DNA of 64,000 nt from Candidatus Omnitrophota bacterium (GTDB lineage Bacteria > Omnitrophota > Gorgyraeia > Zapsychrales > Zapsychraceae). A program made the translations under genes and the position numbers. Below the pieces are notes generated by a model. The model worked only from the letters and a program-made list of their open reading frames with translations. It was not told the DNA's origin and made no database searches. Below are positions 57,643-64,000 of this stretch, one piece after another (the stretch's first letter is position 1; every line of letters begins with the position of its first letter). The stretch is taken from positions 104,536 to 168,535 of the forward strand of contig JADFYJ010000003.1 in NCBI GenBank assembly GCA_015233115.1, in the 5' to 3' direction.

Positions 57643-57739
57643 ACTATAATCTTACCTTTTATATAATTAATAAAACAATTATTGAATGACGAGTACATAT
57701 CATGTAAAATGCTCAAAATATAAAAAAGTGATTATTATT

Positions 57740-58699
57740 ATGAATAAGTATTATATTGGTATTGATGTGGGCGGGACAAATATTAAGTTTGGACTGCTTA
57801 ACGAATCCGGAACGATTATCGCTAGAAATCGTTTATCAACAGTGAGTTGCGCTTCTTCTAAAAAAAAGCTTATCAATGCTCTTACCGGTATTATCCATCA
57901 GTTAATGAATGAAAATAATTTAAAAAACAATCAAATGGCAGGAATAGGATTTGGTTTACCGGGACTCATTGATGCTGAAGCTGGTGAGGTCAAGATATTA
58001 ACGAATATTTTTGGCTGGAAAAATGTTCCGCTCAAGAAAATGATGGAGGATGCCACAGGTATTCCTACTTTCATAGATAATGATGTTAATGTGATTACTT
58101 TGGGAGAATGGAAATACGGGGCAGGACGGGGTTATGACAATTTGGTGTGTATTACAGTTGGTACAGGTGTGGGCGGAGGGTTAATTTTAAACGGGGAGAT
58201 CTATCGCGGTCCCGGCTTTACTGCTGGAGAAATTGGACATATTCCATTAAATGAAAAAGGGCCGGCTTGCAATTGCGGAGGTTCTGGATGTCTAGAAGCG
58301 TATGTGGGGAATCGTCATTTGATTGCCAAAGCTGCTAAGCTTTTTAAAAATAAAAATATTCGATTGGAAGATGTATCAGAATTGGCGAAAAAAGAAAATT
58401 CCCGGGCTATTGAATTTTGGGAAGAAGCTGGCTTTCATATAGGTATGGGTTTAGTGAGCGTGATTAATGTTTTAAATCCCCAGTTAATTGTGATCGGCGG
58501 TGGAGTTTCGAATGGCCTGCCATTTATGAAAAAATCATTAGAAAAAACGATTCAAAGCAGGGCTATGAAGATTCCGGCTGGTATGGTCAAAATTGTAAAA
58601 GCCAAGCTGGGCGATGACGCGGGATTAATTGGGGCAATGGTACTTGTTAAAAGTCAGAAGGTCAGAAGTCAGAAGTCAGAAGAAAAAACGATTGGTTAG
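57740..58699 (+). CDS. ROK family sugar kinase (glucokinase-like)
   Basis: IGIDVGGT, DNDVN, TVGTGVGGG, GEIGH, CNCGGSGCLE; tail KSQKVRSQKSEE is a translated Family E arm. Confidence 0.92.
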   Translation: MNKYYIGIDVGGTNIKFGLLNESGTIIARNRLSTVSCASSKKKLINALTGIIHQLMNENNLKNNQMAGIGFGLPGLIDAEAGEVKILTNIFGWKNVPLKKMMEDATGIPTFIDNDVNVITLGEWKYGAGRGYDNLVCITVGTGVGGGLILNGEIYRGPGFTAGEIGHIPLNEKGPACNCGGSGCLEAYVGNRHLIAKAAKLFKNKNIRLEDVSELAKKENSRAIEFWEEAGFHIGMGLVSVINVLNPQLIVIGGGVSNGLPFMKKSLEKTIQSRAMKIPAGMVKIVKAKLGDDAGLIGAMVLVKSQKVRSQKSEEKTIG

Positions 58700-58743
58700 A
58701 AAAACAAATAAACCAAATTATCAACTATTTATTAAGCGATCTG

Positions 58744-60849
58744 ATGAAATTTTTATTCAATAAAAAAATATTTTTGGCCTCGATTGTTGCCCTTTTTGGT
58801 TTAGGTCTTTCTTCCGCCTTTGCCCAAGAAACTGTGGAATTAAATGGCGATACGCTTGAATATTCTATGAGCGGAAACATCGCTACCGCTAAAGGGCATG
58901 TGGTGGTTAAATACCGCGGCGCGGTTTTGATGTGCGACGAGGCAGAGATGGATCGCAATACCAAGATTGCTAAAGCAAAAGGACATGTTCATTTACATGG
59001 CGGGTCAAGCGACATTTATGGGGATAACATTATTTTTAATTTTGACACTATGACGGGTGAGTTCATGAATGCGAATATTTTTGCTGATCCGTATTATGGC
59101 AAAGCAAAAAAAATTATTAAGGCCGGCCCGGATAAAATTATCATGGAAGACGGATATATGACGACGTCGGATTACGATAAACCGGGTTATCGTTTACGCT
59201 CATCAAAAATCGAGGTTTATCCTGGAAAAAAACTTGTGGCGCATGATATGACAACCGTGATCGGACAGGTGCCATTGATGTATGTCCCCCGTTTTGCTAA
59301 ACGTTTAGATCAGCGGCGTCCTTTCATAACCATTGTTCCCGGCTATAAAAACGCCTGGGGCCCAACTTTATTGACCAGAATACGTGTGCCGCTTAATGAT
59401 TATTTACAAACCACCTTACATTTAGATTATCGTGAACGGCGCGGTATGTCAGAAGGGTTTGATTCTCAGTATCAAATCCCCGGCTTTGGAAAAGGGATGC
59501 TTCGTGGATATTATATGGATGAGTATACACTGGCTCAAAATCATATTTGGGATCCTAAAATCGGTCATACCACATGGCGGGAACGGTATAAATTGTCCTG
59601 GCGTCATAGCTGGAATATTAATTCAAAAACTAACGCGATTTGGCAATATTATAAAATTAGCGATGCCAATTATCTTAAAGACTATTTCCAAAAAGAGAAT
59701 GATGTTGATTCCGCTCCTAAAAGTTATTTTGTAATGACCCGATCTTTGCCGGTGGGCATGATGACGCTCCGTGCCGATGGACATGTGAACCGCTGGATGG
59801 ATGAGGTCACCCGGCTGCCGGAAGTCACGTATGATTTAGCAGAGAAAAAATTAGGCGACACTAATTTTTATTTTAAAGATACGACCGCGTACGTGAATTT
59901 AGCACATGAACATGCCGCTCCTTCTTCGACTAAAGAAAAGACTATCCGGCTGGATACGGAAAATGAGTTCTCCTATTTGACCAAAGTAGGTATTTTTGAA
60001 GTTAAACCTTTTGTGGGCGGCGAATGGACGTATTATAGCCGGACGATTGATCCGGAGAATACGGACGCTATCCGGGGTATTTTTAAGACGGGGACCAGTA
60101 TCAGTACGAAATTTTATAAATTGTATGACGCGCATTGGGATGCTCTGGGCATCAAAATTAATCAAATACGACATGTCATCACGCCGACTATTACTTATGA
60201 TTATGAGCACCGTCCAACATTATTGGCTGATCGTTTGAATCAATTTGATGGGATTGACAATCGGCAGGCTATTCATGATATTAATTTTGGTACTGAACAA
60301 AAATGGCAGACCAAGCGTAATGGAAAAACCGTGGATCTGGTGCGGTTATTGGTGTCCACGGATTATCGCTTAAAGACCGATGCTATTGGCGAAGGATTAG
60401 ATGGTATTAATTGGAGCAGTGATGTGAAACCTGCGAATTGGCTGACACTATACACGGATGGACGCTATAATACCCGCGAGGATAATTTGAGTACGGCTAA
60501 TTTTGACGCGTATATTAACGGCAAAGATGATAAATGGAGATTTGGTTTAGGAAAAAGATACAACCGTGCTGTTGATGATTTAATTACGACGGATTTTACT
60601 TATAAAGTAAACCGGAAATGGAGCGTCGGACTATATGAGCGTTTTGATGCTAAGACCGGTAAAATGAAAGAACAAGAATATCGTTTGACTCGAGATCTGC
60701 ATTCTTGGCAAGTGGACACCACATTAAATTATAAGAGCGATGGGTCTAGTGAGGTTATGTTTGTTTTCAAATTAAAAGCTTTTCCGCAGATTGGTTTTGA
60801 TTTTAATTCCGGATTAAGCAGAAGTCAGCCGGGAGCGAATCCGCAGTAA
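58744..60849 (+). CDS. lptD: LPS-assembly protein LptD
   Basis: Signal peptide, OstA-like N-terminal jellyroll (ATAKGHVVV, AKAKGHVHL), aromatic-rich beta-barrel C-terminus. Confidence 0.8.
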   Translation: MKFLFNKKIFLASIVALFGLGLSSAFAQETVELNGDTLEYSMSGNIATAKGHVVVKYRGAVLMCDEAEMDRNTKIAKAKGHVHLHGGSSDIYGDNIIFNFDTMTGEFMNANIFADPYYGKAKKIIKAGPDKIIMEDGYMTTSDYDKPGYRLRSSKIEVYPGKKLVAHDMTTVIGQVPLMYVPRFAKRLDQRRPFITIVPGYKNAWGPTLLTRIRVPLNDYLQTTLHLDYRERRGMSEGFDSQYQIPGFGKGMLRGYYMDEYTLAQNHIWDPKIGHTTWRERYKLSWRHSWNINSKTNAIWQYYKISDANYLKDYFQKENDVDSAPKSYFVMTRSLPVGMMTLRADGHVNRWMDEVTRLPEVTYDLAEKKLGDTNFYFKDTTAYVNLAHEHAAPSSTKEKTIRLDTENEFSYLTKVGIFEVKPFVGGEWTYYSRTIDPENTDAIRGIFKTGTSISTKFYKLYDAHWDALGIKINQIRHVITPTITYDYEHRPTLLADRLNQFDGIDNRQAIHDINFGTEQKWQTKRNGKTVDLVRLLVSTDYRLKTDAIGEGLDGINWSSDVKPANWLTLYTDGRYNTREDNLSTANFDAYINGKDDKWRFGLGKRYNRAVDDLITTDFTYKVNRKWSVGLYERFDAKTGKMKEQEYRLTRDLHSWQVDTTLNYKSDGSSEVMFVFKLKAFPQIGFDFNSGLSRSQPGANPQ

Positions 60850-60885
60850 AAATTTTTTAAAATATTTTAGAACAGGATAAACAAC

Positions 60886-62223
60886 ATGGAAATTGCCGTT
60901 GTAGGTTCGGGATATGTCGGGTTGGTGACCGGAGTTTGTTTAGCGCATTTGGGCCATCGGGTGACCTGCATTGATATCAATCTGGAAAAAATTAATAAAT
61001 TAAGAAAAGGCGTCCCTCCCATTTATGAACCTGGTTTGGACGTTATGCTTAAAGATTTGATCCGAAAAAAACGGATTACATTTTCAACCTCTATTAAGAC
61101 GGGGACAAAAAAAGCGGTGGTGATTTTTATCGCTGTGGGGACGCCGTCGAAACCCAATGGGGAAGCTGATTTGACTTATGTGGAGAATGTGGCGCGGGAA
61201 GTCGCGGAAAATATGCATTCGTATAAATTGTTAGTTGAGAAATCGACTGTCCCGGCTGAGACCGGACTTCGGATCCGCAGGACTGTACAGATGAATTTGC
61301 CGAAAAAATATCGGAATAAAAATAACGGCGGTTTGGAATTTGACGTGGCGTCTAACCCTGAATTTTTACGGGAAGGTTCAGCGATTGAAGATTTTATGAA
61401 TCCTGACCGGGTGGTTGTCGGGGTTGAGTCCAAGAGAGCGGAAGAAATTTTCCGGGAGATATACAAACCGTTAAAACCGCGGATGATTGTGACTGATTTG
61501 AAATCAGCAGAATTGATTAAACACGCGTCTAATTCTTTTTTAGCGACAAAAATCTCATTCATCAATTCTATTGCTCAGGTCTGTGACCGGGTGGGTGCTG
61601 ATGTTTTAAAGGTTTCGGAAGGAATGGGTTTTGATAAACGGATTGGCCGCCATTTTCTTGATGCAGGAATTGGTTATGGAGGGAGCTGTTTCCCGAAAGA
61701 TGTGGAAGCGTTTATTCATTTGAGTGAAAAAAGTGGATATAATTTTATTTTGTTAGACGCGGTACGCAAGGTGAATGAATCTCAGCGGCGGTATTTTATC
61801 CGGCTGATTGAAGATAAACTCTGGATTGTAAAAAATAAAGTGATTGCCGTGTTGGGATTGTCGTTTAAGCCCAATACAGATGATATGCGGTCTGCGCCTT
61901 CGGTAGATATTATTCAGGCATTGCAAAAAGAAGGGGCAACGGTTCGGGCGTATGATCCTCAAGCGATGGAAAATGCTCAAAGCCTTTTACCTGGGGTTAC
62001 TTTGACCAAAGATGTTTTCTCAGCGGTTAAAGGAGCGCATTGCCTTTTGTTGTTAACCGAATGGCCGGAATTTAAAAAAATTGATTTTAAACGGATCCAT
62101 AATTTGATGCAACAGCCATTAGTGTTTGACGGCCGTAATATGTTCGCCGATGAAAATCTGGAGCAATATGGTTTTGAATATTATGGGATCGGCAGGGGGA
62201 TTTATAAAGGAGAAAGAGGATAA
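60886..62223 (+). CDS. ugd: UDP-glucose 6-dehydrogenase
   Basis: GSGYVG, PIYEPGL, KSTVP, SNPEFLREG, GYGGSCFPKD, FKPNTDD. Confidence 0.93.
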   Translation: MEIAVVGSGYVGLVTGVCLAHLGHRVTCIDINLEKINKLRKGVPPIYEPGLDVMLKDLIRKKRITFSTSIKTGTKKAVVIFIAVGTPSKPNGEADLTYVENVAREVAENMHSYKLLVEKSTVPAETGLRIRRTVQMNLPKKYRNKNNGGLEFDVASNPEFLREGSAIEDFMNPDRVVVGVESKRAEEIFREIYKPLKPRMIVTDLKSAELIKHASNSFLATKISFINSIAQVCDRVGADVLKVSEGMGFDKRIGRHFLDAGIGYGGSCFPKDVEAFIHLSEKSGYNFILLDAVRKVNESQRRYFIRLIEDKLWIVKNKVIAVLGLSFKPNTDDMRSAPSVDIIQALQKEGATVRAYDPQAMENAQSLLPGVTLTKDVFSAVKGAHCLLLLTEWPEFKKIDFKRIHNLMQQPLVFDGRNMFADENLEQYGFEYYGIGRGIYKGERG

Positions 62224-62226
62224 AAT

Positions 62227-63528
62227 ATGTCGATGATACTGAAAAAAAAGATCGCGGATAAGTCCGCTAAAATTGCTGTGATCGGTTTGGGATATGTCGG
62301 TCTGCCGTTAGCCGTGAATTTTGCCAAGGCTGGATATCGGGTTTTTGGTTTGGATACGGATCAGGACCGGGTCAAAAAATTAATGGCTAAGCAAAGTTAT
62401 ATTTTGGATATATCTTCGCAGGAAATCAGTAAAGTTGTAACCAGCGGTAAGCTGGATGGACGCTGCGACTTTTCCGCTCTCAAAGAGGCTGATGTGGTGA
62501 TCATTTGTGTGCCTACGCCATTGAAACGGAAATATACGCCAGATATCAGTTATATCACGGGAGCCGTTCGGACGATTCGTAAATATTTGCATAAAAATAT
62601 GCTGATTGTTTTGGAAAGCACGACTTATCCCGGCACCACAGATGAATTGATCAAGCCTGAATTGGAAAAAAGCGGCATGAAATCCGGTAAAGATTTTTAT
62701 TTAGCGTTTTCGCCGGAAAGAATTGATCCGGGCAATCCTAAATATGATGTCACCACGATTACCAAAGTTGTCGGCGGGTTAACTCTGGCGGCCGGAGAAT
62801 TGACTAAGGCCTTGTACGAAAAAATTATTTCCAAGATTCATATGGTATCGTCGGCACGAGCGGCAGAGATGACCAAATTGCTGGAAAACACGTTCCGCAT
62901 CGTTAATATTGGCTGGGCTAATGAAGCCGCTATCATGTGCGAGAAATTGGGGATTGATATCTGGGAGGTTATTGAGGCGGCAAAGACGAAACCTTTTGGG
63001 TTTATGCCATTTTATCCAGGGTTAGGCGTGGGCGGCCATTGTATTCCTGACGATCCTTTATATTTATATTGGAAAGCCAAACAATATGGTTTTAGTTCGA
63101 AATTCATTAAATTGTCGGCGGATATTAATTTGGCCATGCCTCAGCACGCGGTGAATCGCTTAGCGGACATTCTGACCAAACGGAAAAAAAGTTTGAAAAA
63201 AGCCAAAGTGTTGATCATGGGCGTGACCTATAAAAAAGACGTGAAAGATTTGCGTAAAGCTCCGCCGTTAAAATTAATTGAACTTTTACGGGAACAGTCC
63301 GCGGGTGTGGATTATTATGATCCATTTATTCCTTTTCTTAAAATTGGGAACATCAATCAGGACTCCATTGAATTTAAACCGGCTGTGCTGGCAAAATACG
63401 ACGCGGTCATGATCGCGACGGATCATACGGATGTGGATTACGGGGCATTATTAAAATCAGCCAAATTGATTTTTGATGTCAAAAATGTATATGGGAAAAT
63501 TGTAAATCCGAAAGTGGTCAGATTCTAA
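62227..63528 (+). CDS. Nucleotide-sugar dehydrogenase (WbpA/WecC-like UDP-GlcNAc 6-dehydrogenase)
   Basis: [46 protein letters not shown]. Confidence 0.9.
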   Translation: MSMILKKKIADKSAKIAVIGLGYVGLPLAVNFAKAGYRVFGLDTDQDRVKKLMAKQSYILDISSQEISKVVTSGKLDGRCDFSALKEADVVIICVPTPLKRKYTPDISYITGAVRTIRKYLHKNMLIVLESTTYPGTTDELIKPELEKSGMKSGKDFYLAFSPERIDPGNPKYDVTTITKVVGGLTLAAGELTKALYEKIISKIHMVSSARAAEMTKLLENTFRIVNIGWANEAAIMCEKLGIDIWEVIEAAKTKPFGFMPFYPGLGVGGHCIPDDPLYLYWKAKQYGFSSKFIKLSADINLAMPQHAVNRLADILTKRKKSLKKAKVLIMGVTYKKDVKDLRKAPPLKLIELLREQSAGVDYYDPFIPFLKIGNINQDSIEFKPAVLAKYDAVMIATDHTDVDYGALLKSAKLIFDVKNVYGKIVNPKVVRF

Positions 63529-63529
63529 G

Positions 63530-64000
63530 ATGAAAAAAGAACATGTGGTCATTACCGGCGGTGCGGGGTTTTTAGGAAGTCATTTGTGCGATCGTTTTAT
63601 TGAGGATGGTTACAAGGTGACGTGTGTGGATAATTTGATCACAGGCAACAGCGAGAATATCGCGCATCTTCATAACAATAAGGATTTTAATTTTTTAAAA
63701 CACGACGTGTCAAAACCGTTTGAAATCGCGGGAAAAGTTGATCACATTTTACATTTTGCTTCTCCAGCTAGTCCCATAGATTATTTAAAATTTCCGATCC
63801 AAACGTTAAAGGTTGGCTCATTAGGAACGCATAATGCTTTGGGTTTAGCGAAATTGAAAAAAGCGCGGTTTTTGCTGGCTTCTACGTCAGAAGTTTACGG
63901 GGATCCGGAAGTCCATCCTCAAAAAGAAACGTATTGGGGACATGTTAATCCGATCGGCCCGCGCGGAGTTTACGATGAGGCCAAACGGTTTGGAGAAGCC
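63530..64000 (+). CDS. UDP-glucuronate decarboxylase family SDR (partial, runs off window)
   Basis: My translation from ATG 63530: [21 protein letters not shown]...HFASPASP...[10 protein letters not shown]...[15 protein letters not shown]. Confidence 0.9.
   Translation, partial: MKKEHVVITGGAGFLGSHLCDRFIEDGYKVTCVDNLITGNSENIAHLHNNKDFNFLKHDVSKPFEIAGKVDHILHFASPASPIDYLKFPIQTLKVGSLGTHNALGLAKLKKARFLLASTSEVYGDPEVHPQKETYWGHVNPIGPRGVYDEAKRFGEA

Noticed and set aside
1674-58699. Tandem repeats as a CRISPR array
   Set aside because: Units are 7-9 bp, contiguous and inverted across a spacer; there are no 25-40-bp repeats with unique spacers and no cas genes
568-62592. Minus-strand and nested alternative-frame ORFs in the ORF track
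   Set aside because: They overlap well-supported + strand genes and show no recognisable motifs
1-64000. tRNA or rRNA genes
   Set aside because: No cloverleaf with T-loop consensus or rRNA-like segment found in any intergenic gap

Overview
Bacterial chromosomal window in which every credible gene (about 50 CDS) lies on the + strand. The LptD gene implies a diderm, and the giant modular protein and S74 fibre suggest Omnitrophota (inference). Core content: menA, uvrC, a PilT/PilU ATPase, a de novo purine cluster (purB, C, S/L, Q, M, D, E), tsaC-PTP/rpiB/glyA/nrdR, ptsP, rsmE, miaA/hflX, a CIRCE-controlled hrcA-grpE-dnaK-dnaJ operon, accD, two diguanylate cyclases, lptD and UDP-sugar dehydrogenases. 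Two things stand out. (1) Most intergenic gaps hold non-coding, structured, dispersed elements: more than 25 loci of short-tandem-repeat arms in inverted orientation (7-, 8- and 9-bp unit classes sharing a GAAAAAGCGATTG-like motif, often supplying the upstream stop codon, one inserted in frame in a CDS), seven copies of a ~120-bp covarying hairpin, GTAG-type REPs and other palindromes. No mobiliser gene is present in the window. (2) A 2339-aa signal-peptide protein carries unrelated enzyme-like modules (kinase-like, HAD, HATPase, methyltransferase-like) separated by a recurring D-x-A-M motif and capped by a GGIDFN tail, a candidate processed polyprotein or cassette effector system. No rRNA, tRNA, CRISPR array, transposase or prophage was seen.
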